Numbered from the stretch's first letter, positions 38,775 through 55,319 are shown. The stretch: DNA of 64,000 nt from Octopus vulgaris (GCA_951406725.2 OX597821.1:47244001-47308000), one strand, 5' to 3'. Notes: generated by a model not told the origin, from the sequence alone. Made by a program: numbers and translations.

Positions 38775-39179
38775 ATCTCTTTACTCTTTTTACTCTTTTA
38801 CTTATTTCAGTCATTTGACTGCGGCCATGCTGGAGCACCGCCTTTAGTCGAGCAAATCGACCCCGGGACTTATTCTTTGTAAGCCCAGTACTTATTCTAT
38901 CGGTCTCTTTTGCCGAACCGCTAAGTGACGGGGATGTAAACACACGAGCATCGGTTGTCAAGCAATGCTAGGGGGACAAACACACACACACACAAACACA
39001 TACACATATATATACGACAGGCTTCTTTCAGTTTGCGTCTACCAAATCCACTCACAAGGCATTGGTCGGCCCGGGGCTATAGCTGAAGACAGTTGCCCAA
39101 GATGCCACGCAGTGGGACTGAACCCGGAACCATGTGGTTGGTTAGCAAGCTACTTACCACACAGCCACTCCTGCGCCTA
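38775..39179 (-). mobile_element. SINE family A, full length
   Basis: Matches the 19310 copy. Confidence 0.9.
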
Positions 39180-39337
39180 GTTATATTGTTATATTGCTAC
39201 ATCCATCTATATTGAACAGAAGTTTAAACCAGATTACTTTTCCTTTGAAGTTCTTTTTGCATTTCAAGGTGAAAGAAGATCCTCCATAAACACTAATTAC
39301 TCACTTAAGCCATACCTCATTAAAACCTTTTTATTAT

Positions 39338-41060
39338 GGCTACACGAACAGGATGCCGAATGCACTTTTGCCGAAGGATGAGAAACTGAAGCCAAGAAGC
39401 CGAACGGACACAATGCCGAACGGACATAAAACCGAACGGACAAGAGGCCGAAAAAACATACGAAAATTAAGATATATGTTAATTATTTTATTCCAACAAT
39501 ATGACCATTTAACAGGCTAAAATGTAGAAAAAAAATAGATGCATAAAACTACTTTAATATAAGTTTCTTTATTGGATTTACAATGTAAGCATATAAAAAA
39601 TAATGCGATCAGATGTTTATTTTAAAATTATTACAATTGACATATGAAAATATACAAGGCAAAAATAAATAAGAGTATTTAAAAATTGTGAGCCAAAGAT
39701 CGTAGAAACGTCAATCTTTCTTTATTATAAGAACCACAAATGGTTTTTATCCTATCGTTAATGGTATCATTTTTTTGTTAGGTTGTGATATGTCAATTCG
39801 TATAGTAGCCTGCTCAATTAGAATTTCGTTGGATTCCTGCTCAGTTCTAATAACCTTTAGTAGTTGAGTGATTGTGGGATGAGTTACGTAAAGTCTTGTT
39901 TTTAAAGCCTGATGCCAGCCTTCGAGAGAATTGTTTGTTCTCAGCAAATTATCATGATCTTCAGTGTAGACAGACCACAAATCAACATCGGTTTCCTTCG
40001 ACAGCTCTCTCTCTCTGGACTATTCCTATCCACGCACTTTCAAAGTAAACAAGATGATCACTTAATATTTCCTCAGTTTCGGTATCTAAGAAATTCACCA
40101 ATTCGTAGAATAATTCATGAACATCTGAGAGTGGAGCAAAGACAAGTGCTTGTAACTGCTTGATGAAAAGGGCGTCACTGGCTTCAACATACCAGTGTTG
40201 CAGCCCACAAGACTGGATAATGCGTTATAAACATTGCCGGAAATGAAAGAAACAACCCAATATTGATGTATTAGGAAAGTTTTTAATGTTATTTATTGAC
40301 TGCTCGTTCGAAATCGATTGTTATTGAATCCGGATCCTGAACACCTGTGCTTTTCAAAAATGTAAAAATTTCGTCATATGTTTCCTCTTCTTTGTTACTT
40401 GCAAGGCAATATACCAATGGCAAGGTTTTGATCCCTGAAAAAATAGCATGTATAGTATACAGTTGTTTGCCTAGGGAAATAGAGTCAAACGTGCCATCGC
40501 CAAACCATGTTTGTTTACTAGATGGTAATTTCAAGTTTTATTCTGTCGATAAAATAGAAACAGTGGTAGTTTTGTAAAGCCGAAAATTTTCTCCACGAGT
40601 TTTTTCACTGTCGTCAGTCTTTCTTACTCGCCACACCATTCTCCCATTTAGACAGAGAACCAGCAATGCTGAGAGGTAACTCTTCCACGACATTATTAAT
40701 TTACATTGCTTGTTACCTCTTCTGTCTGTTCGGCTCTAGCCTTCATTTTAAAACGTTAACATGAACATCATCTGGAGGATGTGAATGATTTGGAGCATTT
40801 CCATGTTCGGTACCACTTTTAGTTGTAATTCTAGCATTGCACACTTTTCGTTTTTCACATCTCTAGTAAGTGGTTTCCTTAACTTTTTTATTAATATTGT
40901 ATGTATATCCATTAAGAAGGAGCTTTCTGCCACAACCTGCTATTTTAGTGAATTCCATGGTCAAGCTGTGGGGATGAAATGATTTACTTACAAAAATGTA
41001 ATTAAATAGTGAACAGTTTTTAATCTCGTTAAAACTTAAGTGGCAAATTAGCAAATTGGT
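39338..41060 (-). mobile_element. Degenerate Mutator-like (MULE) transposon with FLYWCH-like N-terminus
   Basis: GRKLLLNGYTYN; WFGDGTF..QLYTIH..PLVYCL..K.EETY..IDFERA; GCFFHFRQC; RTNNSLEGWH; left end has a tandem gccgaacggaca array (39355-39455). Confidence 0.9.
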
Positions 41061-41204
41061 CATTAAACTATGTAGGTAGGAATTTTAAAAATTATTACTT
41101 TTATCTTTTAGAAAAAGGCGTTTTTGAGATTAACTATTTTTTATCTCATTAAATCTTAAGTGACAAATTTGTGAATGGCCGTTAAACTATGTGGATAGGA
41201 ATGT

Positions 41205-41532
<328 letters not shown>

Positions 41533-43615
41533 ACTGAAATAGCAGCGCGTGCCATCAAAGTGACACCAGGTGCAGATATACGAAGCCAAATATACCAATC
41601 ATGACTACTCATCTGATAAGTGTACACCAGGCATATACATCATAACCATATGTGAGTGACATGGTGGTCTCATATCAAGATAAACAGCGCAGGATCTTGC
41701 TGATGGAAACCTGCTAGGATTTTTCTACGGGTCGAGTAGCCCATATTTATTCGAACCCTAAATTATTCCTCTCAACACATGGCTATGATACTCCCTCACT
41801 ACTTCTGCTCATGCACATATCGTCAGCCACCAAGGAACGTACTCAGCATGTTAAGATCAAGTAAGTGACAAGCACATCTGTAGTATTAAACAGAGTAGCT
41901 CATCTTTTACAATAAGACAAAATATGTACATACAAACACTTCCAATCAGTTAAGTTCAGAAGCCATGAGAGCCACTGCTTCAATATTATTATTAGCATGC
42001 TTCGGGCTAATGAGAGCTCTTTTTAAAATGCAACAACCTACCACCCCTTCTTTGAAATGACTTCTCCGCTAATTTCTATTGATTTATTTTGTATTTTTTA
42101 CATATATGTTTATTTTTATGCCATCGTAAATCATAGTTTCAAATCTTAAAATAGTATTTATTTCCGGCTAAACTATTCCCGTATCAGCAATCTACGGAAA
42201 TTACTTGGTCTTCAACTAATTCAAATACAATTTTATGATCTGTGAGGATTATAAAAGGTCGGAGCGATAATTAAATAATTCCATACGCGAACAATAATCC
42301 TTCGTTTTTCATTTTGAGAATTATTGCTTTCAGAATTTCGTAATGTTCTGAGAGTGGTCTTTATGGCTTAGTTTGCCTTTGTGTAATAGGGATTCTTGCC
42401 AAAATTATATTGATAATAAATGAAAGTAAGTAATCTATGTAAATATTGAAACATTTAATTCAAACAAAGCTCTTGCGGTTGAAATATACATCGAAATTGT
42501 TTACGAAATACCTGTATTTGACAAGAACAACTTATACTGGAAACCAAATTTTAGAAATATTTTAAAATTTAGCAGTTTAAAATACTAAAAGTGTTTCGTA
42601 AGTGGAAATCTCTAAAGACCGATGATTTTATAAGTGCAGTAGGTCATGTTCAATAATAACTGAATCCAGTTATTTTTGTAGTTTATAGTTGTTACACATT
42701 CATATCTATGTGTATACGTGCATAGATTACATCCCCACTCTTGGCACTATTTTGTTAGTGAATAGTACAAACTGTGTGTAAAGTATATAGTGTATCACTA
42801 CGCTGAATGTCGAGTCCGTGTAACATGAATAGTAAATAAACACGTAAACAATAACGATGGCTTTCATATTGGTTGTCTATTCCATTAGAACTCAAACTAC
42901 ACATAACAATAGTGATCAGCCCACCAGGACAATGATGTGAAGACGGCAGTAGCGTTTTTGTCTAGCATAGAAACAGTTACGACATAGTTCGATCTCTGGA
43001 ATATTGGTTTATTTTTTATTTTTGTACTAAACAAATAAGGGAGTCTCAATGTGGTTGATGGACCTTCTTAGAATAGTATCTAAATATCCCTCAAATCACA
43101 CCACTTGTATCTTAGAAAGGTTGTATTAGATAATGTAGTCCCATGTATATCTAAATAGGATGGGATGGTCACGGATAGAATACCTTTGATCACAGTTCTG
43201 CTCAAACAGAAGTTAAACAAGATGCAAAGCAAAACCTTGTTAGTTATACTTCATTGAGAAATACCCGAATCTGGGCAACAATGTTGACTGATCTAGAAAG
43301 TTCTGTACAAGCGACTGTTGTCTCTAAGATGTATATAGTGGGTGTATTGTTTTGGAGGTTTTTCTAACTGATCTAGAAAGTTCTGCACATGCCGACTGTT
43401 GGCTCTAAAACAGTAGTTTCCTATTTATCGGATTTAGATGAAGAGAGACTCCAGACTATTCCTCTTCTGAGGTTTCTTCCAAAAATCCTAAACCATTCTA
43501 TAGGTAGATACAACATTGGTCTTCACTCACATTTTAATATATACGAGAACAGACTCAAAACGCTTATTCTTTACATACGCGTGCGCGTATGTATGTAGGT
43601 ATGTATGTATGTATA

Positions 43616-44846
43616 CAGGGTGGGGAAGCAAAACTTGCAAAATTGCTGTAACATTTGAACTCTGTCATTGCACAGTAATTCAAAAATAGGTTAATAACAT
43701 TCACATGTAATTATAAAACAAATAATTTATTTCAGGTGGCTTCCATTGCTTGCAATTACGGTCTCCACACAGCCCCGGAACTCCGCACGACTCTTCACCA
43801 CGAAGTTACTGTACATCCTGGCCCACTCCTCACTGATGGCAGCCTTCAGAGAGTTGACGTTGGAGTGGGAGATTTTGTTGGTGACATGCTCCAAAATACC
43901 TCACACGTCATAGTCCAGAGAGTTGAGAACCGGACTGGAAGAAGGTCAGAAGTCCGCAGGCCGGAAAGCATCAAAGGTGGATTTTCAGAAATTCTGTACT
44001 TTCTTGGCAGTATGGCTAGAAGCACCATCCTGGGTCAACACATAGGTGCCCTCCATGTAGTTGTCCTTGGGCCATGGCGAGGCAGGTTATCTCAGCACCT
44101 TGTAAAAGGCGCCAGCATCCACCATTTTCCAGGCATGTAGAAGTAAATGGGCATCTTTCTTCTATCGGAGGCCACAACACCGAAGATCATGATCTGGGCT
44201 GGATGTTTTGCTCTGAAGGAGTTCCTGATGTCAGCTGTTAACTCCACAACGTACCCGTCATTTCTGCGGTTCACAACGGTATCCACTGTGAAGATCTCGT
44301 TAGAGAAAAATTTTCAAAGTGGACCCGTTCTTCTTGAGGTATGCAAGAACCTTTTTGCACCTCTGTAGACTCTTGGCCTTCATAGGTTCTGTCAGCAGGT
44401 TTTTTGGTGTCCTGGTGTAGGACTTGAGGTCCTAGTCATCATTCACAGCTATTCTGATAATTTTGAGGTCCACTTCAAGTTCAGAAGCCAGCTTACTCGG
44501 GCATGTAGTTGGGTCTGTTGAAATTTTGGTCTTGAGGGTGTTGATGAAGAATTTGATTCCGCTTCTTGTTGGCCCCACCGCTGTCAGTCTTCCTCTGAAT
44601 GCTGCTGTTGCCCATGTCCGTTCTCTTCTTGACTTTATAATCTGTGCGTTTGAGATCCTCTTCGGTTTGAGCACTGACCAAATCACATACTCTTTGGCAT
44701 TTGTCCTCCTGTACAGTTATATTATCCAATGTTCCTGCAAAAGAAAAAGTTTATTATTAGCTGACAATATATTCTTCATCCTACATTAGGTTTCATATCA
44801 TTTGGTGTAGTGTAACTTTTAATGCAAGTTTTGCTTCCACACCATT
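43616..44846 (-). mobile_element. maT-type (DD37D) Tc1/mariner transposon, degenerate
   Basis: TIR cagggtggggaagcaaaacttgca at both ends; IFTVD..NRRND, KHPAQIMIFGVVASD, and QD-GASSHTAKKVQNF*KSTFDAFRPADF*PSSSPVLNSL-DY with 37 residues between the Asp residues. Confidence 0.9.
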
Positions 44847-44901
44847 TATGTATGTATCTATCTATCTGTCTGTCTGACTGTCTGTCCGTCTGTCTGCTTG
44901 T

Positions 44902-44982
<81 letters not shown>

Positions 44983-45158
44983 AGGGAACCACTATGTGAA
45001 AACCCTTACGCTTGAAGATCCGCTATGGTCTGGTTCCTTCTTATATATATGTATAAAATGCTATTTACTGAATCTCAGTTTTTTTATATGCTAGACCACT
45101 GGTGTTAAATTGATGTTATAAAATTAATATCCAAGTTTTCAACCTCATTTTGATTTTA

Positions 45159-45206
<48 letters not shown>

Positions 45207-45207
<1 letters not shown>

Positions 45208-46400
45208 TAGCTGTATAACCCGACGTTGCCCAGGACTAAGTTAGGATTATTAAGTGATCAAGCGCTTTATTTCAAACCAAAATATGTGACACCAACATCA
45301 AATTTGAGTGAAATTCGTTGAAATTGGTAAACGTTTGGTTGAAAATGGGTTGCAGGCAACTTGATTGAGAAATCCCATAAAGATCGGTTTATCGATTATT
45401 TCCACTCATCGATTGTTTTTTTTTTTTTTTTAGTTTTTTTTTTTTTTTTTTTGAGAACTTAAAGCATTCAAAGATCCCATGAGCAAAATATGTCAAAATT
45501 GGTAAAAGTTATGGTTGAAAATGAGGTGTAGCCAATTTTAGTGGGAAATCCTATAAGGAATTGGTTTATCAATTTTTTATCCTGATTGAATGGAAAACCC
45601 CAAATGGATGCCTACCACCGATAATGTTTGGCCTTGGGATTTGTTGATGGACATGGCGAAGCATGGTCTCACCGGGAACTGCAATCTGCGGAAGTTAAAC
45701 GGCATGTCTGACCTCGAGGGATAAATCTGAATCCTTGAAATGAAAACATTTTCACCCATCCCGCACCCTGTAACAATGGTGACCTCAATCAAGTGGGGCG
45801 TCAGGGACTTGATTACTAAGCGGGTCCCGTGGCACTGTTTAGGCAGAAGCACGTTTCTGATTAGCATAATTGGGCATCCAACCCTTAGCCTAAGAATGTG
45901 AGGTGGAAGCCCTGCTGGCTCCAATGAGTTGAGAAGCTCGATAGGGTAATTGACAATGTCTTGGGGGTCCGGTCAATCGATTTGTAAATGCGCTCCTCAC
46001 CCGGAACTCGCCTTATGAACTGATCGTTGATAGCACCGACAGCTACGTTTTTCGGGCCAAGAATCATATATCTTGCCCCGGTGCGTGGGCCAGCGAAGCC
46101 TAGAGTGGTATTTTCGGGCAATCGGTGGCTATTGTCTCTTAAGGTCATTAATAACGCGTATCACTGGCGACAACAATAGATAAGTTCGGTTCTCCTACTG
46201 ATGAAGATTGCAGCCTGTTGGAGTATGTGAAGACTGTCAATTACGAGTTCCAGGTGAGTAAGGATGATCTATGTAATGTTGGTCATTTAAATGGTCTTAG
46301 AGTCTTCAGACGAAGCTCAACAAAGAAGCAGAACTTTTCCTGCCTCTATCATGTAGATCTTGCAATAAGAGATACGATGTCACTAAGATGCGTCAAAACA
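45207..46400 (-). mobile_element. Helitron 3' part with PIF1-like helicase remnant
   Basis: ORF 45577..45924 GLPPH.L.L.VG.PIML.RN..GTRL..RLQFPVRPCFAMSINKSQGQTL; minus 3' end ctgggcaacgtcggg hairpin plus CTAG|T at 45207. Confidence 0.9.
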
Positions 46401-46859
46401 CAAAGTTTTAACATTGTTGACAACATCATATTCTCTCTTTTAATTGAATATTGAAAAAAGAGAGAAAATGCAACGGGAATTAATTAAAAATAGGCTTTCC
46501 TACCGCATGGGAGGTTTATATGTATGTATGTGTGTATGCATGCATGCATGTATGTATGTATGTATGTATGTATTATGTATGTATGCATGTATGTATGTAC
46601 GTATGTATTTATGTATGTATGCATGTATGCATGTATGCATGCATGCATGCATGTATGTATGTACGTATGTATGTATGTACGTACGTATGTATGTATGTAT
46701 GTATGTATGTATGTATGTATGTATAACAGAAATTAAAAACGCACTGGGAGCCTTTTGGTTTATTTTTAGAGGCTTAAAAATAAACAATCTAAAGGATTCC
46801 AAGTGCATTTTCATCTCCCTTTTTATATCGCTACCCATGTGGAATAAAATAACTCTCTT

Positions 46860-46860
<1 letters not shown>

Positions 46861-46906
<46 letters not shown>

Positions 46907-47394
46907 GTCATCCAATGTCAATTGGTGATACTATGAGGTTCCAGAATTCTGTAGTCTTTTCAAGTAGAATCGCCAGTTCATCAACTGACTGTAATCAGTT
47001 AACTGAATTGCTTGAGCCTAGAATGACCATTAGCTGAAGAGGCTCTTCCGCCCCGGCTGTTTCGTGTAGTTTAGCCAAATGAAGATCATACATAGAATGA
47101 CGATTAAGACACCCAACGTTACATTTACTCTGCTGCTGCCCATAACTTCGCCGTGATCCTAGGTCAGGAATTTTTCGTCATCGAGGTTAATACCTCTGTA
47201 TACACACTATTGGACGGCCACTGACTCTTACTATCCCTTCACTCTCTGACAGATTTTGTCTTTCATCCTGCAAGGTGTGCGAATCACCCTCCTGACCAAC
47301 CAAGCTTGGTGGGGTTGCCAGTTTAGTCACCGACGACCCGACTATGTAACAGGTTGTACAAGGTTACCAATAGCACACGTGAGCGACTTGACAT

Positions 47395-47397
<3 letters not shown>
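46861..47397 (-). mobile_element. Short RTE-derived (internally deleted) element with (TAG)n tail
   Basis: 5' end resembles RTE 5' UTRs (..gggtcgtcggtgactaaactggcaacccc..); 3' (TAG)15 tail; no ORF. Confidence 0.5.
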
Positions 47398-47461
<64 letters not shown>

Positions 47462-47464
<3 letters not shown>

Positions 47465-47580
47465 AATATTGTTGATAGTGACTTCGAAGCTTCGGGCTGT
47501 TAAGCCAGCCGACGTTGGCGTAACTGGCCGAGCTAGCTTAACGGGCTGAAAATCTGAAATCACTGTCGACAATATTCTTG
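47462..47580. repeat. Imperfect palindrome with ~48 bp arms
   Basis: aagaatattgttgatagtgacttc..gttaagccagc versus gctagcttaac..gaaatcactgtcgacaatattctt. Confidence 0.7.
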
Positions 47581-47643
47581 TTTACGAATAAAAAGTATAG
47601 AGTTAACTTCTCAGATTAATGTAAACTTGTCTTTATTATAACT

Positions 47644-47753
<110 letters not shown>

Positions 47754-47892
47754 ACCACAGCCGTCTCACGCTGTCTGATGTAGTTTTAAAAAAGTTACCC
47801 ACCAAATTAATTTTCTTTAGATAATCACCAGTATTTTCAGCATTATAGAACTTTGAAAAGATCAAAGATATTCGAACACACCGACCTTTCAG

Positions 47893-47932
<40 letters not shown>

Positions 47933-48689
47933 CATTTCTTGTATTTCACATTACATCGGTGATCATCACACCCACAACTAAAATATAATCGCAAGGGATG
48001 GCCACAGTATAATTCTGTTTTCTATTGGTTTAAACGAAAGTTTTAACAGAATATTAACGGAATAAACAATATTCTGCACTTTTATTATTAACTAAACTAT
48101 TCTGACCATCTATTTTCTTTCTATTAAATATACTATAGCCATACGTTTTCTATTGAAAGATATCAGTAAAGATTATGAATATATTTCCCCAGAGCAAGTA
48201 TTCCAGACTCATGTTAATTTACGATAATAGTGGAACGATAGAAACGAGAACATTGTGAGATGAAACACCACCTATACACCATTATTTCAATGATGTCGTG
48301 ACAGTTTCGTTGTAGAGTCTTTGAAAAATCTATTTAATCGAGTTTTCCAAACGTTTCACACAGGAATTTGAAGAGATTTCTGATGAGTTCCATAATATTG
48401 ATTTCTTTGAACTAGACATAAGGCCAGGTTTTGTTGGGAAGACATATAATCGATTGAATCAACTCGGTATCTTAATGCTACTTATGCTATTGACCTCAAC
48501 AAGAATTGAACTCAGAACTAAGATTAACAAGATTAAATGGTAAAGAGTTTATTGTAGCGCGTTGCTATTTTTAACTGCTCGTTAGTGACTAAATCCGGCA
48601 TGCTATAATAATTTAGATTGACACATAACTACACATCGTGGGAAGAGACACAGCGGACTGACTCGACCGCAGGATATGACTAGTATATA

Positions 48690-49102
48690 CTCTTTACTCT
48701 TTTAGTTGTTTCAGTCATTTGACTGCGGCCATGCTGGAGCACCGCCTTTAGTCGAGTAAATCGACCCCGGAACTTATTCTTTGTAAGCCCAGTACTTATT
48801 CTATCGGTCTCTTTTGCCGAACCGCTAAGTGACGGGGACGTAAACACACGAGCATCGGTTGTCAAGCAATGCTAGGGAGACGAACACAGACGCACAAACA
48901 CATACACACACATACATATATATATATACATATATACGACAGGCTTCTTTCAGTTTCTGTCTACCAAATCCACTCACAAGGCATTGGTCGGCCAGGGGCT
49001 ATAGTAGAAGACACTTGCCCAAGATGCCACGCGGTGGGACTGAACCCGGAACCACGTGGTTGGTTAGCAAGCTACTTACCACACAGCCACTCCTGCGCCT
49101 AT
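48690..49102 (-). mobile_element. SINE family A, full length
   Basis: Matches other family A copies. Confidence 0.9.
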
Positions 49103-49377
49103 ATTGATCTATTCCATAGATATGAAAGGCAAAGTAAATTCCAGCTGAATTTGAAATCAGAACGTAAAATGATGTAAGTATAGAACACAAAACATTATGT
49201 TCAGTTCTCTGATTCTGCTCGACAAGACGCTGTGTGTTCACCAAGGATGCCTGCTAATCTAACCATATGTGATGTAAAACGCAGTACAGATTTCATTTCA
49301 TCTGACACCGAGATCCTACATTTATGGGTGTGAGGAACTGCGACATACATATTTTTTTGAAGGACGTTAGCTATATG

Positions 49378-49980
49378 TTTCTTTATTACCCACAAGGGGC
49401 TAAACACAGAGGGGACAAACAAGGACAGACAAAGGGATTAAGTCGATTACATCGACCCCAGTGCGAAACTGGTACTTTATTTATCGACCCCGAAAGGATG
49501 AAAGGCAAAGTCAACCTCGGCGGAATTTGAACTCAGTGTTAGCTATAAACATCCCAGCTAAACAACCCCAGGCTCGATAGATCTTGCCACGACAGAACCA
49601 CAGAATTCTGTAACATCTCTCTTCCTATGAAGAATATAATACCGACAATGATATTACAGTATTCTTGAATTCGTACTGAGAGGCTTATCTGTAGAAACAA
49701 TAGCTTCAAAACATCGGAGTATTTCAATTCTGGTGACACTAAATGTTCCCGTGTATCAGATCAAAACATATGAATACAAGGCGGCGAGCTGGTAGAGTCG
49801 TTAGCACGCCGGACAAAATGCTGAGTGGAATTTCGTCTTTACTCACTGAGTTCAAATTCACCCAGGTCGACTTTGCTTTCATCTTTTCAGAGTCAATAAA
49901 ATATACCAGTTGAGTACAGGGGTCGATGTAACTGACTTACCCCTCCACCAAAATTGCTGACCTTGTGCCAAAATGTGAAA
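49378..49980. mobile_element. SINE family C pieces (49378-49535 minus; 49780-49980 plus)
   Basis: Shared head and central domain. Confidence 0.75.
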
Positions 49981-50083
49981 TCTACTATGAATATACTGAT
50001 GTACAATAAGGAATAGTGTTGTCCAGTGTTCATTGTATTTTTCATGTAATCATAGCCTATCGTTTTTCTTCCTCTTCCCCCCT

Positions 50084-50131
<48 letters not shown>

Positions 50132-50832
50132 CTGGATGGACTTTGTAAAATTGCTGGTGAGCGGGCAATGACCAGCTGAAACTAGTAAAGCTGATCTTCA
50201 ATTCATTTTGCAGAAAGAACTCCATTGTTTAAAGGCATGATGCTCTCGCACAGCAAGGCTAAATATATATATTTATTACTATTAACCAAGTGTACATAAA
50301 TATATTTATAAACATACGCGTATACGTGCATACATACATGTGTATAAGTGCTTATGTAGCTACGTGTTGTTATTAATAGGGTACTTTTGTGAACATAAAG
50401 TATTCAATATACACTTGTGCTGTGAAGTGTATTGAATCCGTTGAAAGTAAACATTTAATGGTTTTATGCTGATATTAGAGCAGTTACTAGTTAGCCTCCG
50501 TGGATATGAAGTAAAGGTCAAAATGGCAAAAGAAAATGGTAGCCAGATGACCTGAGAGGTGATTTGTGATGCAAGAAAGATGGTTTGTAACAGATGCAAC
50601 GGCAGTTTTTGTGGAGTTATCAATACGTTTTTCCATGTATGATGACTGAAGGAGACTATCTGTGACTTTCTGATAACGGCCATTGTTGGCTGATACTGAA
50701 TGTGGAATCTCTCAGCTAAACAGTTGTTGTACTGTCACACACACACACACACACACAGCTACACACATTTACAAACACATGTAAGCAGTCATATGTGCGT
50801 ATATATGCATGTATATGTACATATAAACACAA

Positions 50833-50871
<39 letters not shown>

Positions 50872-50880
50872 ATATATGTA

Positions 50881-50941
<61 letters not shown>

Positions 50942-51769
50942 TATGTATATGTACAGGCATATATATATACATATATGTATACAGATAAATGTAAAAATGT
51001 GCGTGTGTCTGTATGTGTGTGTGTCTGTGTGTGCGTGTGCGCGCACACGTGTGTATATGCGTGTGTGTACGTGTGTGAGTGTGAGTACGTGTGAGTGTGT
51101 GTGTGTCTGAATGTACATATTCACGCACGTTTACATTTATATGTTTCTATCTATCTATCTATCTGTCTGTCTGTCTGTCTATTTATCTATATGTATATAT
51201 TTTTAAAATTCTTTTAAACGTTCCAACCTTAATCCTGTGGTCATGCTGTGGCACCGATATATGAATATGTATACAACAAAATTTACACACACACACACAC
51301 ATACACACACGAATAGTTTCGATATTAACCAATTTATAGCAATACCAGATAACCGATTCGTTTGGTTTTCGGCCTTGCCATGTGGTCCTAGCCACGTGGT
51401 ACCGGGATCAGTTCCACTGCGTGATGCATTGGGCTATTGGACTACTATAGCCTCGAGCTGTCCAAAGCCATGTGAGTGAATTTGTTCGGCGGAAACTGCC
51501 AGAATCTCGTTTTATATATTTATATCTATGTATGTGTGAGTCTTTGTGCTTGTGCTTGTCACCATCATTGCTCAACGACCAGTGTTGGTGTGTTTACGTC
51601 CGCATAAGTTAGCAGTTCGACATAAGTGAGGAAAGAATAAGTACCAGGCTTTTAGATAAAAAAAATAATAGATACAAGGTGGAGCCCCTGGATGTCTAGT
51701 GACTTAAACAAGTAACAGATAAAAGATAAATACATACTTACATACATACATACATATGCGCATGCAATC

Positions 51770-53555
<1,786 letters not shown>

Positions 53556-53750
53556 CGTGGTGGTGGTGGTGGTGGGGATCTGTGTCCGTGTGTCCGTGTC
53601 CGATTGGCTTCCACACGAATTTTAGTCTGTTATTTCATGCATTAAATTTTCATAGAAGACAATTTCCCATAACGCCTGTTTAGTGGAATTGAACTAGAAT
53701 TGGCATAGTCACGAAACAAACATCTTAACGACGCATCCATTCCTGTGCTC

Positions 53751-53793
<43 letters not shown>

Positions 53794-54559
53794 TATGTTG
53801 CGTTTCTTATGTGTCAGAGACAAAGTAAGTTGTTGACTCAAACTTATTTCTTGTGAAATATTGTTTTGGTTGTTTTCACTCGAGAAACAATGTTCCGCCG
53901 GACGATAATAGTGCTTAGGAAAGCAAAAGCAATGCAGCATTATTGATCAAGTTGTGAACGAAATAGAACTGCAGTTTATCAGCCATCAATTATTGATGTT
54001 GGAGAACAGTGGGGCTGAAGTGATGAAGCTTGAAGAGGCAATGTGTAGAGTAACATATACATACGCACAGAAGACAGACACAAACATAATACACACGTGC
54101 ATCAATACACACATGAACACAGACACGCACGCACACACACACACACACAAACACATACACATACGTGTACATGAATGTGTACAAACAAAAAAGTGGAAAA
54201 GTTATGCTCTATACCCACACCTCTACAAACCACGTACACACCTAGCATACGGACACGTAGAGTTAGAAAACATAGAGCACAGAGAAAAGTCACCCATTTA
54301 CGAACACATACCAACACACACACAAAAGGTATTTTAGTAACTTTCAAGAGTTATTACAGGGTAAAAATGTTCAATTTAAATTAAAGAAAATTTCATCATT
54401 TCTAGATAATATTATCCAGATAGTAGTTAGGTGTATTTGGTTGTGTGGATCTAAAATTGTGGGTTCAAATCAGCTGTAGGTCAGTTGCTTGTTTAACTTT
54501 CTCTGAACAAAATAGTAAAGAAAATATCCTACCTTAATTGACTGCCAATGGTTAGATAC

Positions 54560-55285
54560 CAGATAAATGAAATATTTTCTGATTTCAAATTTATTTCAAG
54601 AACGTTAATGAAACTCTATACCATATTCCTTATTGACAAAACTGAAAATTTTATGAAGTGCTTGTGTGGAATGCCTACTGTTACTAAAAAGAGATTAGAA
54701 GAACACCTGCAGATAACTATGGATTCAAAACGATACCCCCCCCCCCCATCCCTCGTCCATCCACCAAATATTAAGGTACTTGAAAATTTTGACTCTGATA
54801 TTCTCCATTTGATAATAAGATTCTGCTAACCTCCACCCAACCTCCAAAATAATTACACGAAACCCTCCAAACAATCCTCTAACGACCATATTCTTGCAGA
54901 CAAAATGAAATATACATTAGACTCGCGACAAATAACATTAGCAGAACAAATAAAAGCAGACGTTACCCTTAAAGAGCATAAACATTTTTTTTCCGCTTTA
55001 ACCTTAAATACAGGTTAATCAACCCTTAAAATTGAATTAGGACAAGCCAGGAAGTTCATTGGAATCAGAACTACCCCGACACTAATACAATGCAACTGTT
55101 GTGTAGCCGTCTTTGAGTGGTTTCTCAGTTTCGAAAACAAGCAAGTTGAGAAATTTACACCAATTCGACATGGTGGACTTCTGTTCATCTGTCTCTAAAT
55201 CCCTTATCTTCTAAGCCCTAAAATTCGTGAAAACATTTACCGTCATTCGTGATCTAGATACCAGATTAATAATCCTTTGTACTGT
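54560..55285 (+). mobile_element. Degenerate PLE reverse transcriptase fragment
   Basis: DKTENF..; VTLKEHK..YRLINP..ELG; FEWFLSFENK..QFDMVDFCSSVSKSL (RT motif A region); stops and frameshifts. Confidence 0.6.
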
Positions 55286-55319
55286 TAGCACGAGGCCTGA
55301 TGAGCGTGGACGTCTGACA

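Noticed and set aside
39355-39455. Spaced short repeats resembling a CRISPR array
   Set aside because: Repeat and spacer lengths far too short, eukaryotic context, adjacent to a MULE transposase.
48361-48430. Frame EFEEISDEFHNIDFFELDI after a cag, vaguely thioredoxin-like; also contains CTGATGA gttc..gaac
   Set aside because: No CxxC exon or clear donor found, it runs into a degenerate SINE, and no GAAA follows the hairpin. Too short to support either call.
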